A stretch of DNA of 64,000 nt from a virus, in IMG/VR virus record IMGVR_UViG_3300023184_004051, positions 32,001 to 96,000 of that record. The stretch is one strand, 5' to 3'. Positions 39,761-49,463 of this stretch are shown here, one piece after another. Each line of letters opens with the position of its first letter. The stretch's first letter is position 1. The notes under the pieces are model-generated. The model saw nothing but the letters and a program-made list of their open reading frames with translations, did not search any database and had not been told where the DNA came from. A program made the position numbers and the translations under genes.

Positions 39761-41422
39761 TTGTATCCCACTAGTGAAAAGTTTTTGCGCTCGGTAAGCG
39801 GCTCGCACCGCCCGTTCATCGTGGTGAAAGCAAAATCCATTGACGGCTCGTTCGTCAACTTGCCGGTTGTGAGTGGAAGCGTCACCATTGACCGCACCAG
39901 TCAGGACATCCGCCGAACCTGTAGCCTCACGCTGAACAGCGTTGACCTCGTGCCGGTTTTAGCAACCGACCCACTCAACATCTACGGCAACCACATCTAT
40001 GTCTACCGAGGCGTTCTCTGGCACGCTGGTGAAATCCCATCGCAACTGTGGGATGCTCCGCCCCCGCTCAACAAGTACCTAATGCGCTTTGATAACCTCA
40101 CTTCAACAGCGCCGAAGTGGGCTTTGCAATACCAAGATGACCCTCCTTACGAACTCGTGCCGCTTGGTGTTTTTCGCATCAACGAAGCCGACACGAGCGA
40201 GGATACGGATGGAAATGTGACCATCTCCCTCAATGCTTCAGACATTTCAGCAAACATCTCCAAGAACGCTTGGACAGGGCCGGTCACGGTTTGGAATAAG
40301 CCCTACAAGGTTCCGGTGGCAAAAACCAAATCCAAAACTCAGGCCCTTCCTGAAGTCACCTATGTGGCAACGGGTGTGCAGGAAGCCATCAAGTTGCTCA
40401 TCAACGACAGGTGGGGCAACCGCAAGTCAACCTTTGGTGAACCACGCTTTGAGTTTGGAGGCGTTGCCAACAAGCCGCTTACGAAGCCCGTCGTGATGGG
40501 TTCTAATACGGTTTCCACTAGCGGAAGCAACTCCCCGTGGACTGACATCACGGGCCTTGCGGCAGCCATCGGTGCTGAACTCTTTGTGGATAACGAAGGC
40601 GCATTTCGTCTGCAAGCAATCCCTGACCCCAATACGATTTCACCTGTCTGGGACTATTTTGACGGGGAAGGCGGTCTACTGACGAACGCTTCTCGCAAAC
40701 TCAATGACTCCAAAGCGGTCAACTATGTCATCGCAAGTGGTGAAAATACAAGTGCGAAGCAACCCCTAAAGGCCATTGCCTACGATGGCGACCCTGCATC
40801 ACCAACCTATTACAAGGGCGAGTTTGGAAGGGTTGTCGGGCGTGAGAGTGGCAGAAAGAAACTCAATACGCAGGCTGAGGTTCAGCACGCCGCAGACACT
40901 TACCTGAACTGGTTTGTCGGAGGCGATGAGACAGTCAGCATCGAAGGCATCGTGAACCCCGCTTTGGATACAGGTGATGTCATTCGTGTCCGCCGCAAGA
41001 GGATTGGCATTTACAACGCCGCAACCGTAATCACCGAACTCAACGCCGACTTTCCAAACAACGCCGAGAACATCACGCTTAGTGAAATCGTCGTCGCTCC
41101 CCTCAAAAAGGGCTTAGCGAAGGGGCAACAACTTGTGATTTACACCACTTCGGCTTACGACACGGTTGTTCTTACCAACGCAGTCGCCACCGGCGGGACA
41201 ACGCTTGCGGTTTCACCATTCCGCCCGCAGCGCCAATACCGCAAGGGAACGATTATTTTTGACCCCACCGACCTTTCCAATGTCGGCTCGGTTCCGCACT
41301 ACATTGACAGTATGACTATTCCACTAGACATAGATGCGCCAATCCAAATCACGGCTCGCGCCCGTCGAGTGGGAAGCCGCCAAGACGCTATCCGTGTTGC
41401 TGAATACAGTCAGGGCTACTAA
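39761..41422 (+). CDS. Minor tail / baseplate hub protein (DUF5047-like)
   Basis: GSVTIDRTSQDIRRTCSL..LVPLGVFRI..NPALDTGDVIRV. Confidence 0.7.
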   Translation: MYPTSEKFLRSVSGSHRPFIVVKAKSIDGSFVNLPVVSGSVTIDRTSQDIRRTCSLTLNSVDLVPVLATDPLNIYGNHIYVYRGVLWHAGEIPSQLWDAPPPLNKYLMRFDNLTSTAPKWALQYQDDPPYELVPLGVFRINEADTSEDTDGNVTISLNASDISANISKNAWTGPVTVWNKPYKVPVAKTKSKTQALPEVTYVATGVQEAIKLLINDRWGNRKSTFGEPRFEFGGVANKPLTKPVVMGSNTVSTSGSNSPWTDITGLAAAIGAELFVDNEGAFRLQAIPDPNTISPVWDYFDGEGGLLTNASRKLNDSKAVNYVIASGENTSAKQPLKAIAYDGDPASPTYYKGEFGRVVGRESGRKKLNTQAEVQHAADTYLNWFVGGDETVSIEGIVNPALDTGDVIRVRRKRIGIYNAATVITELNADFPNNAENITLSEIVVAPLKKGLAKGQQLVIYTTSAYDTVVLTNAVATGGTTLAVSPFRPQRQYRKGTIIFDPTDLSNVGSVPHYIDSMTIPLDIDAPIQITARARRVGSRQDAIRVAEYSQGY

Positions 41423-42387
41423 TGGTTGATATGCGTGACCTCGCCAACTCTCTCGTGGCGAATGGGCAGTTTCACCTGCCCCCCAACGATGTCATCCGTA
41501 TGGGAGTGGTGATTGGCTACGACCCGAACTGGGACAGCGACACCGGCTCGCACGACCATCCCTACCTCACGGTCACAATGGCTGGCGATGACACGCCGAT
41601 GCACGGAGTCCGGTTTGCTGATAACTACACGCCGAACATTGACGACACGGTTTGGATTGTCGTTTCTGGCACAGACGCTTGGGTGATGTCCAAACTCACC
41701 GATGTTCCAAATGGCAATGGCACAGTCCGTTCACCATCCACACCCGGCGTTGCAGGACACGGTTATTCCACTGACACGACATCCATTACAAGTAGCACGG
41801 CGACTACCTTGACCGGCTCTGGGGTCACCACAGCCCTCCTTCCAAACCGGCTTTACAAGGTGGAGGCTTCATTTGGTTTCACCATCTCCAATGCCGATGC
41901 CACCGATGTTTTCTCGGCAACTTGGGCGAACAACTCCACAACACTTACCATCACTGGTGGCAGCACCACAGGGCTTTACGCCAATATGGGGATTGCTGGT
42001 GATGGCATCCCATCAGGCACAACCATCTTGACAGTTGGCTCGACAACCATCACGATTTCACAACAAACGACCAAGGCGCAAAGCACCGCCACGCCCATCA
42101 CGGTCACCTCGTCGCACTTCTTGTCGGTTGGGATTGTGACCCCATCCGGCTACTACGAAACAAACACCAGAACTGTGACCAACGGGGCCTACACCTCAAA
42201 TGGAATGACGACTTGGGCGAACACTTCCACTAGTGGAACTTATCCCTACAACTGGACAGACACCTACCCCGATACGCAGTTCACTTGGTATCTAGCGGCA
42301 AAGGTTTCAGCAGTTGGCGGCACTCCACCCACCGCAGTTGGGGTTTTCCAAAACATCACCATTCACGACTTGGGCGTACACAGTTAG
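41422..42387 (+). CDS. Minor tail protein (OB-fold N-terminus, spike-like)
   Basis: RMGVV..YTPNIDDTVWI; T-rich C-terminus. Confidence 0.65.
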   Translation: MVDMRDLANSLVANGQFHLPPNDVIRMGVVIGYDPNWDSDTGSHDHPYLTVTMAGDDTPMHGVRFADNYTPNIDDTVWIVVSGTDAWVMSKLTDVPNGNGTVRSPSTPGVAGHGYSTDTTSITSSTATTLTGSGVTTALLPNRLYKVEASFGFTISNADATDVFSATWANNSTTLTITGGSTTGLYANMGIAGDGIPSGTTILTVGSTTITISQQTTKAQSTATPITVTSSHFLSVGIVTPSGYYETNTRTVTNGAYTSNGMTTWANTSTSGTYPYNWTDTYPDTQFTWYLAAKVSAVGGTPPTAVGVFQNITIHDLGVHS

Positions 42388-42424
42388 AGCCTGAGTTTTG
42401 GAAACGCTGGTCTAACATCGTTGT

Positions 42425-42790
42425 ATGACCGTAGCGAGTTCACCATACATTGTCGCTGCGATAATCACCGCTATTCCCGCTACGCTCGCTGCGAGCGCAG
42501 GCTGGTATCAGGCTCACAAAGGGCGCAAAGAAAACACAGGCGACCACGCCAAAGTTGTCGCTCACCTTCAGCAGTTGGACACAAACATCCAAAGGGTAGA
42601 CATCCGTGTAGAGCGGATGGATTTGCGATTTGACTCCATCGAGGATAAGGTTGAGCGCCACCTTGGATGGCATCGCTCCGAAGCAACATCAGCAAACCGC
42701 CTCAACGAGGCACTAACAAAGGAATACAAAGGTGACGAACCCGACTACCGACCCATCAGCCGAGCCGACGACATCAGCACCGAAGGTTGA
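42425..42790 (+). CDS. Membrane-anchored coiled-coil protein (lysis-associated)
   Basis: N-terminal TM helix, coiled coil, KVERHLGWH. Confidence 0.6.
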   Translation: MTVASSPYIVAAIITAIPATLAASAGWYQAHKGRKENTGDHAKVVAHLQQLDTNIQRVDIRVERMDLRFDSIEDKVERHLGWHRSEATSANRLNEALTKEYKGDEPDYRPISRADDISTEG

Positions 42791-43022
42791 CCCAAAGGCA
42801 GTCCAAGCGGCGGTAGTTCGCTACGCGGTTCCCGCTCTGGTCGGCGTTGCCGTAGCCCTCGCTGCAAAGGCTGGCTTCGCCCTATCACCACAGGAAGCGT
42901 TGGGGATTGTAGCACCAATCGTCGGCACAGTCTATTCCACGCTCGCTCACATTTTGGAAGCCAAGTTCCCCGCTCTGAAGCGCGTGTTGGGGTCGCCACG
43001 CCCATCATCATTTATCAAGTAG
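42732..43022 (+). CDS. Putative holin
   Basis: Two TM helices; VRYAVPALVG..LEAKFP..LG; at the end of the tail operon. Confidence 0.6.
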   Translation: MTNPTTDPSAEPTTSAPKVDPKAVQAAVVRYAVPALVGVAVALAAKAGFALSPQEALGIVAPIVGTVYSTLAHILEAKFPALKRVLGSPRPSSFIK

Positions 43023-43050
43023 ACTTCACCACCCATTATTGGGCATAGCG

Positions 43051-43097
43051 AAGCCCCCCGCCTGCCCGAATAACGGGTTGGCGGGGGGTTCCGTTTT
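43051..43097. terminator. Terminator hairpin between convergent genes
   Basis: CCCCCCGCCTGCCCG / CGGGTTGGCGGGGGG stem, followed by TTCCGTTTT. Confidence 0.75.
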
Positions 43098-43102
43098 GGT
43101 GA

Positions 43103-43702
43103 TTACTCAGCGACCTTGACGGTCACGGAGATGCCACCTTCGGTGTGCTGAAGCCCGTCAATCGGGGTTCCGGTTGCGGGGTCGAGAACGGTGTCGCCCG
43201 CAAAGTCAGCAACCTTCTTGATGCTGGCGATGTCGGCTTCACGCTTCACACGCACCCACTCAGAGTGACCGTTGGCATCAGCCCAAGCGAGGAACGCTTC
43301 AGCGTCAGTCACGGCGACCTTAGATGGGGTCACACGGCTCGTGGCAACACCATCGGGGAAGTCAAGCGACTTGCGACCATCCTGCTCGTTCTGGCGAACA
43401 GCAATCAGGTATTCGGAGAGAGCGAGGTCAAAGAAATCAACCTCTCGTCCGTGAGTGACCGTGTTGCTCTCAACCCAATGGTTGATGCGGTCAATCTCAA
43501 TCTTGGCTTGACGCTTCACCTCGTCAATCCGACGCTGAGCCTGAGCCAAACGACGCATTGCCCAAAGAGCCTCGTCGTCGTTGGTGATGACAAAGGTGCG
43601 CTCAGTGAGTTCACCATTTTCATCGGTGTGGTTCTCGGCAAAGCCCTCAGGCTCACCAAGAGTGGACAGGAATGTGGACAAATCCACGATGTCGTTGCTC
43701 AT
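43103..43702 (-). CDS. Host-nuclease inhibitor Gam-like (Mu Gam family) protein
   Basis: ITNDDEALWAMRRL..EIDRINHW..KSLDFPDG..SR..VRVKREAD. Confidence 0.7.
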   Translation of the reverse strand: MSNDIVDLSTFLSTLGEPEGFAENHTDENGELTERTFVITNDDEALWAMRRLAQAQRRIDEVKRQAKIEIDRINHWVESNTVTHGREVDFFDLALSEYLIAVRQNEQDGRKSLDFPDGVATSRVTPSKVAVTDAEAFLAWADANGHSEWVRVKREADIASIKKVADFAGDTVLDPATGTPIDGLQHTEGGISVTVKVAE

Positions 43703-43920
43703 CGCAACTCCCCTTTCGCTTGTGTTTCGGTAGGTTCTGACACTTGGATGGTGACCTTGCCACCCAATCCAAATGCGTCGTAGTGGGCCTCGTATTCAGC
43801 CTCAAAACGCTCGTCATAGATTTTGACTGCATCCTTCAGGATGAAGTAAGCATCATTGCTCTTGTGGGCTTCTAAGGCTTCGAGCGCCTTGTTCACCAGT
43901 TCCAATACTTCCAAGTCCAT
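43699..43920 (-). CDS. Hypothetical protein
   Basis: ATGA overlap with the Gam-like gene; RBS-like AGGGG upstream. Confidence 0.55.
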   Translation of the reverse strand: MDLEVLELVNKALEALEAHKSNDAYFILKDAVKIYDERFEAEYEAHYDAFGLGGKVTIQVSEPTETQAKGELR

Positions 43921-44048
43921 CGTTGGCCCCTGCTTTCTAGTCGGTTTCTACAACAGAAAGAACTGTAGCACCCTCTAGTGGACAATGCAAGCCAATCACC
44001 AACATTTTTTCCAATGTCAAAACACCCTGAAAAATAAAGGGCATTGGC

Positions 44049-44078
44049 TTGACACGGGTTTAGTGACGCATTAGTATT
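44049..44078 (+). promoter_or_regulatory. SigA-like promoter for the replication operon, in a divergent intergenic region
   Basis: TTGACA at 44049, followed ~17-19 nt later by TAGTAT/TATTAC. Confidence 0.5.
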
Positions 44079-44136
44079 ACGCCACCGATACCAGAACCGA
44101 TGCCGTGTGCATTGACAACAGAAAGGCAGGGAACCT

Positions 44137-45054
44137 ATGAGTTCACTGTTCACCAAAGCGACTAAGGCGGAAGCCAAAGCGCGTATTGCCGTGACAGGCC
44201 CATCAGGGTCAGGCAAGACTTACTCATCTCTCCTGTGGGCTACGACGCTCGCTGAGGGTGGCAAGATTGCCGTCATTGACACCGAGCGAGACAGCGCCAA
44301 GTTGTATGCTGACCGCTTTGACTTTGACGCTCTCTCGATGTCTGCCCCCTATCACCCAGACCGCCTCATTGAGGCTCTGAAGGTCGCACAAGACGAAGGC
44401 TATGCCTGTGTGGTGATAGACTCCTTGACCCACTTTTGGAACGGTCAGGGTGGCATCTTGGAAATCGTTGACCAAGCGGGTGCGGCGGCGAAGGGCAACA
44501 ACTTCGCAGGATGGAAAACAGCAACCCCCATCCAACAACGAATGGTGGATGCCATCCTCGCCTTTGATGGTCACATCATCACGACCATCCGCTCCAAGAC
44601 CGAATGGTCGTTGGAGAAAAACGAATACGGCAAGATTGCTCCCAAGAAGGTTGGACTTGCTCCGCAACAGCGTGACGGCATTGAGTACGAATACACGCTC
44701 GTTTTGGAAATGGACACCGAGCATCGCACGCTGATTGGCAAGACCCGTTGCGAGTTGATGGCGGACAAGGTGTATCCCCCAAATGCGGCTACCGAAGGCG
44801 CTACCACTTTCCTCACTTGGCTGAAGTCGGGCGACCCACTCATCACCGACACCGAGCGTGACGCACTTGATGGTCGCATCCGTTCGCTCTCCCCTGAGCA
44901 GCGCCGAGCATTGAAAGACCTTTGGGGTGATGCCGGTCTGCCGAAGGTCGCCTCACTGACCAAGACCCGATACCCCGAAGCGATGTCGCTCGTGGTCACC
45001 GTTAGCCTTGACGGTGCTGATGACGAACTGACCGCCGAGGAAGCCACCTCCTAA
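44137..45054 (+). CDS. AAA_24 ATPase (Sak4-like recombination protein)
   Basis: GPSGSGKT, VIDTE, VVIDSLTHFW, QRDGIEYE. Confidence 0.8.
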   Translation: MSSLFTKATKAEAKARIAVTGPSGSGKTYSSLLWATTLAEGGKIAVIDTERDSAKLYADRFDFDALSMSAPYHPDRLIEALKVAQDEGYACVVIDSLTHFWNGQGGILEIVDQAGAAAKGNNFAGWKTATPIQQRMVDAILAFDGHIITTIRSKTEWSLEKNEYGKIAPKKVGLAPQQRDGIEYEYTLVLEMDTEHRTLIGKTRCELMADKVYPPNAATEGATTFLTWLKSGDPLITDTERDALDGRIRSLSPEQRRALKDLWGDAGLPKVASLTKTRYPEAMSLVVTVSLDGADDELTAEEATS

Positions 45055-45076
45055 TCACCTCACCGCAGTCGAGTTG

Positions 45077-45112
45077 CTAGCCCTGTCATCTCTACGGAGG
45101 TGGCAGGGCTAG
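45077..45112 (+). terminator. Stable hairpin (terminator/attenuator) after the AAA gene
   Basis: CTAGCCCTGTCATCTC-TACG-GAGGTGGCAGGGCTAG; weak U tail. Confidence 0.55.
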
Positions 45113-45186
45113 TCGTCGTTGCAATGTTCCGCACGCTGGCGAGCCGGTTGGTGTAATGTCGGCGCTCTCTCTCGCAACGACAAGGA

Positions 45187-46008
45187 GTGGTCGTGACCAT
45201 CCGCCGCAGCCCATCACCAATCCGCAAGAACTTCACCATCCTGCCTAATGCAACGCTCAACGACAGGCGACTGTCGTGGGAAGCGCGTGGGATGTTGGCC
45301 TACCTACTTTCCAAACCTGACCATTGGAAGGTCGTTCCAAAAGCGTTGGTGAACGAGACATCGGCGGGTAAATCCGTCGTGTATCGAATACTCAAAGAGT
45401 TGGAGGAAGCGGGCTACATCACCTCCGAGCAAAAACACGCCGACGACGGCACATTTAGTGAAATCGAGCGTGTTGTTCACGAGATTTCGTGCGTTTCCCC
45501 TGATGACACCGCATCCCAGTTTTCCGTATCCGGTTTAGCCGGATACGGTTTAGCCGGATACGGAAAATCAGGTCACATAGAAAGAACTGAAGTAGAGAAA
45601 GAACTGACTGGAGAAAGAACGGAAAAAAACATATTGCCCACTTCTGTCGAAGCGGGCAGCGCGGAAAAGGGGGTGGCTAGTGAAAACCTCCCCTACAAAG
45701 CCGAGTTTGAGGAACTGTGGGCGCTCTATCCGCGCAAGGCCGCTCGCAAAAAGGCATACACGCAACTCATCGCTACTCTGCGTCGTGGCGTTTCACTAGA
45801 CGACCTTCGCGTGGCAGTCCAAAACTATGCTGATGCCCGCCGAGGTCAAGATGCGGCCTACACTCTCCACGCCGCTACATTCTGGGGGCCATCAGACAGG
45901 TGGGAGGACTTCCTTCCAAATGGCGATGGGCTGAAATCTGCGAAGCCCGAAAACAAGCCAAAGGGCTTCAACGCCATCCAAGACTTCTTGAACCGAGGAA
46001 ACCAATGA
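45187..46008 (+). CDS. Replication initiator (HTH replisome organiser)
   Basis: NFTILPN..LSWEARGMLAYLLSKP..ELEEAGYI; FEELWALYPRK..; internal DNA repeats. Confidence 0.8.
   Translation: MVVTIRRSPSPIRKNFTILPNATLNDRRLSWEARGMLAYLLSKPDHWKVVPKALVNETSAGKSVVYRILKELEEAGYITSEQKHADDGTFSEIERVVHEISCVSPDDTASQFSVSGLAGYGLAGYGKSGHIERTEVEKELTGERTEKNILPTSVEAGSAEKGVASENLPYKAEFEELWALYPRKAARKKAYTQLIATLRRGVSLDDLRVAVQNYADARRGQDAAYTLHAATFWGPSDRWEDFLPNGDGLKSAKPENKPKGFNAIQDFLNRGNQ
45520..45630. repeat. Iteron-like direct/inverted repeats plus purine-rich tract: probable replication origin
   Basis: TTTAGCCGGATACGG x2 (45534-45563); perfect 14-bp inverted repeat 45520-45533/45554-45567; AGAAAGAAC x3 downstream. Confidence 0.7.
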
Positions 46009-46583
46009 CCCGTGAGGAAACAGCAATCGTCTGCGCCACTTTGTCGGCTGCGTTTCCAAACTGGGTCGTCACTAGTGAAACCATCGAGATGTGGCAAGCG
46101 ATGTTGCAGGACTTGGATGGCTCTGTGGTGTTCCAAGCGGCACAAGAGTGGGTTTTGACCGACGAGCGGTATCCGAGTATTGCTGGCATCCGCAAGAAGT
46201 GTGCTGAAATCACAGGCTCGCTCGCTCCAAGCGCCTCCGAAGCGTGGGCTGAGGTCATTGAGATGGTGGAAAGATACGGGAGCAGTCGAGGTCATCGCCC
46301 CGATTGGACACACCCCCTCGTCAGCAAAACCGTCAAGGCGATTGGCTACCGGCATATCTGTATGAGCGACAACATCATCGCCGTCAGAGCGCATTTCACC
46401 AAAATGTTCAACGAGTTTGCGGTTTCATACAACAACGACATCATCACCTCAAAGCGATTTGAGTTGGGTGGCGAAATGGTTGCGCTGCCATACTCAACTA
46501 TGGTAGGGTTGCCAAGCCAGAAAAACCTTCCGGCATCCGACCAAGGAGTATTGGACTATGAGCCAAGACACACCACCCGTTGA
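46005..46583 (+). CDS. Replicative helicase loader/inhibitor (G39P-like)
   Basis: MTREET..LSAAFPN..W..ML.DL..YPSIAGIR..SASEAW; directly after the initiator. Confidence 0.75.
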   Translation: MTREETAIVCATLSAAFPNWVVTSETIEMWQAMLQDLDGSVVFQAAQEWVLTDERYPSIAGIRKKCAEITGSLAPSASEAWAEVIEMVERYGSSRGHRPDWTHPLVSKTVKAIGYRHICMSDNIIAVRAHFTKMFNEFAVSYNNDIITSKRFELGGEMVALPYSTMVGLPSQKNLPASDQGVLDYEPRHTTR

Positions 46584-47142
46584 GCCAACGCCAACGCCGA
46601 AATCCAATGGCCTTATCACCACTTGGAACTCACTTTCCAAAGGCGTGAAAATCACCATTGCCGTCATTGCTGCCTTCGTCATCATTGTTGCCATCGCAGG
46701 CAATAGCGGTGGTGGAAACCAGACCCCATCAACCGAGCCAACCACGCCTCCTACAACGATTGACACCACGCCGACTACCATCGGCCTGTCTGAGCAATGG
46801 AGCAGTTGGAAGTTGGAACTTGCCCCTGTTATCAGCCAAATGCAGACTGACTACACGCAAACCCAAGCCGACCTGTCAAACACGGATTTCACCGCCTCTA
46901 CGCAAGATTTTGCGACCCTCTCGCAAGATGCAACCGAGATTGCCAAACTTGCAACGAGTCTTGACAGCACCGTGAACAGCGACCTGATTGACCTCGCTTC
47001 GTCGTTGCAGGAAATCGCCTCCACAGGGATTTCAGCAATGAACAGTGGCGACCTGTCACAGTTCACAACTGCGCTGAACCACTACCGCACAGCGAGTGAC
47101 ACCCTCGCAACGGACATCACCACAGGCAACGACTTCTACTAA
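46558..47142 (+). CDS. Membrane-anchored surface protein (possible superinfection exclusion)
   Basis: One TM helix, Pro/Thr linker, acidic helical domain. Confidence 0.55.
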   Translation: MSQDTPPVEPTPTPKSNGLITTWNSLSKGVKITIAVIAAFVIIVAIAGNSGGGNQTPSTEPTTPPTTIDTTPTTIGLSEQWSSWKLELAPVISQMQTDYTQTQADLSNTDFTASTQDFATLSQDATEIAKLATSLDSTVNSDLIDLASSLQEIASTGISAMNSGDLSQFTTALNHYRTASDTLATDITTGNDFY

Positions 47143-47166
47143 ACCGAAGGGTTCTCGGCACTTATC

Positions 47167-47670
47167 GTGAGCGACATCAAAAAATGCGGTAAGTGTCGGG
47201 AAATCCTGCCGGTCAGCGACTTCATTCCCCGAAGGGACAAGCCAGACAAGTATTTGCCCAACTGCAAAGCCTGTCGTGGTGAAATCCAAAAGGAAAAGTC
47301 CCTGAAGCGTGGAACTGCGCTGAAACGCACTCCGATGAAGCGTGGCACTTCGCAACTGAAGCGAACGGCAATGAAGCCCATCTCCGACCATCGCCGTGAG
47401 GTGAACAAGCAACGCAAGATTGTGCTGGAAACGCACTTCGGCCCACGAGAGAAGTGGGTATGCTCGGTATCTCATCTGATACCAACTCCTTGCTGGGGAG
47501 CGGTCAATGGACACGAAATCACCTCACGAGCGAGAGCGGGTCGCACCGACGAGAACTTGCTTGATGTGAGTGGCATCATCCTCGTCTGCAATCACCACAA
47601 CACTTGGATTGAGGACAACCCCGCCGAGGCTCACCGACTTGGCCTGACGAAACACTCTTGGGAAGCCTGA
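47167..47670 (+). CDS. Zinc-finger / HNH-like nuclease
   Basis: CGKC..CKAC, KRT-repeat linker, GHEI..ILVCNHHNTWIE. Confidence 0.65.
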   Translation: MSDIKKCGKCREILPVSDFIPRRDKPDKYLPNCKACRGEIQKEKSLKRGTALKRTPMKRGTSQLKRTAMKPISDHRREVNKQRKIVLETHFGPREKWVCSVSHLIPTPCWGAVNGHEITSRARAGRTDENLLDVSGIILVCNHHNTWIEDNPAEAHRLGLTKHSWEA

Positions 47671-47772
47671 GTTTTCAGCACCTAACGGGTAGTCGCTCAA
47701 CCCCAACTGTCGGGCTGAAAAAAAATCGTCACTTACAGTTGATTGCTCAGACAAACCAAGTGGGGGAAATAA

Positions 47773-48303
47773 GTGCCGGAAACGAAAGTCAACAAGCCTG
47801 CAAACGCAATCCGAGTAGGTGAAATCGGGTTTGCCCGAACCAAAGGTGCGATGGCGAAACTCATTCGTGCGAGCGAATGGCTGAAATGGCGTTCGTGTCA
47901 GTTCAACCACACCTTCGTTGTGGTCACGGCAGGAAACACCTACGAGGAAACTTGGATTGTCCAAGCCGAACTTCGAGGCGTGACGCTGCGCCGTTTGTCC
48001 GAACTCCTGCCGGATGCTAGTGAAATCCACTTTGTCGCCCCGCCGGAAGGCGTTGACCGCAAACGGGTTGCCCTGTTCGCCCTTGCCGAACTTGGTCGCC
48101 CGTATGGGATTTTGAGTATCATCTGCATTGCGCTGGATATCACCACACCGGATTGGTTCCTTGCGTTTCGCCGCAAGAACACTTGGATTTGCTCGGCTCT
48201 TACAGCAGAGGCTTGTCGTTATGCTGGTTGGTTCTATGACTTCCCCGACATCTACCTCGTCACCCCAACCCGACTTTGGCAAGCCCTTCAGGAAGCGAAG
48301 TAG
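47773..48303 (+). CDS. Permuted papain-like amidase (NlpC/P60, YiiX-like)
   Basis: FNHTFVV (His before Cys)..LGRPYG..WICSALTA. Confidence 0.75.
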   Translation: MPETKVNKPANAIRVGEIGFARTKGAMAKLIRASEWLKWRSCQFNHTFVVVTAGNTYEETWIVQAELRGVTLRRLSELLPDASEIHFVAPPEGVDRKRVALFALAELGRPYGILSIICIALDITTPDWFLAFRRKNTWICSALTAEACRYAGWFYDFPDIYLVTPTRLWQALQEAK

Positions 48304-48465
48304 CGTGCTGAAATCCTTTCTGTCAATCATCACGACTTTGGATGTGAACTTGCCACGCACCAAACCATCATCTAGTATGGCAATCACCAATCGAGCCTCC
48401 CTGCGAAAGAAAAACGCAGAACGCACAGAGGCTCATCAAGCAATGAGAAGGGTAGTGAAATAACT

Positions 48466-48732
48466 ATGACGAACAAGATGTTCATTAGCCGCCACGAACA
48501 CAACTTCAAGTCAACTTTCGCCAATGAGGTTGCCAAAAGCCAACCGCTTCGTGGTGCGATGATTTACACCCCACACGACTGTGAGATGCCCGACCCTTGG
48601 GAAACACCACTTGGGTCAATCTGGGCTTGCTACGGCTTCCGCAATGGAAAGATGTGCTACGACCAATGGATTTGTGAGGACAACTCCGGTGCGAAGCGTT
48701 GGGTGCTATTTCAGCGAAACCTGAGCGTCTGA
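48466..48732 (+). CDS. Hypothetical protein
   Basis: ATG-initiated ORF with Cys residues; TGATG coupling to the next gene. Confidence 0.5.
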   Translation: MTNKMFISRHEHNFKSTFANEVAKSQPLRGAMIYTPHDCEMPDPWETPLGSIWACYGFRNGKMCYDQWICEDNSGAKRWVLFQRNLSV

Positions 48733-48929
48733 TGCCCCCCAAGAAAAAGGTGGCGACCCCAAGAGTTGCTACTGACCACGACACTGAAGTGGTGGAATAC
48801 AAGTCAGCGATGATGATGCGAACCTTCTACGAGCCAACTTGCTCGTGCGGGTGGGGAAGCCTGCGGTATTTGACCAAACCACAGGCTTTGGCCGCTGCTG
48901 AAAAGCACGCCAAAAACCCCGTTTTCTAA
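48732..48929 (+). CDS. Small zinc-ribbon protein
   Basis: CSCGW..AEKH. Confidence 0.55.
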   Translation: MPPKKKVATPRVATDHDTEVVEYKSAMMMRTFYEPTCSCGWGSLRYLTKPQALAAAEKHAKNPVF

Positions 48930-48980
48930 AGAGAAACACTCTAAGGCTGTTAGTGAAAAAACGCTAGTAGCCTGTGGGGT

Positions 48981-49463
48981 ATGACCGTCATCGCTGGTTG
49001 GCACGACAAAGAACGAGCGTGGATTGGCGGCGACAGTGGTGCGTTTGACGAGGACAGCGTAAGCCTCACCGAGACAAAGGTTTGGAAAGCCGACGGCTTC
49101 CTTCTTGGCGCTTGTGGGGGGTTCCGCCTTGCTGAAATCGCTTACGATAGCGGTATTGGAGAGCCATATCGCCTCCGTGACCACTTGGAGATGTGGTGGA
49201 AAGACCTCGGCTCAGGGGAGAATGACACGACCTTCCTGTGTCTCAACACACTCGGGATTTGGATTATTGGCTCGGATTTCAGCGTCATTCGTTGCCGTGA
49301 GAACTACGCTGCCATCGGGGGCGGGGGATTGTCTGCGATGTCAGCACTTCGGGCGCTACAAGATGTGTCTATGGGGGGCAAAGACCGCATCACCACCTCC
49401 CTCAAAACTTCCGCTTACCACACGAGCAAGGTTCGCACCCCGTTCCGGGTGATTTCACTATGA
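48981..49463 (+). CDS. HslV/proteasome-beta-like Ntn peptidase
   Basis: M-T-VIAG..GGDSG..TKVWK..YAAIGGG; N-terminal Thr nucleophile. Confidence 0.7.
   Translation: MTVIAGWHDKERAWIGGDSGAFDEDSVSLTETKVWKADGFLLGACGGFRLAEIAYDSGIGEPYRLRDHLEMWWKDLGSGENDTTFLCLNTLGIWIIGSDFSVIRCRENYAAIGGGGLSAMSALRALQDVSMGGKDRITTSLKTSAYHTSKVRTPFRVISL

Noticed and set aside
43145-43783. 212-aa plus-strand ORF
   Set aside because: Antisense shadow of the Gam-like gene with no recognisable motifs.
47524-48426. 300-aa minus-strand ORF, and similar long antisense ORFs at 11372-12085 and 26844-27650
   Set aside because: They overlap well-supported plus-strand genes and have no motifs or RBS; they are explained by codon bias.
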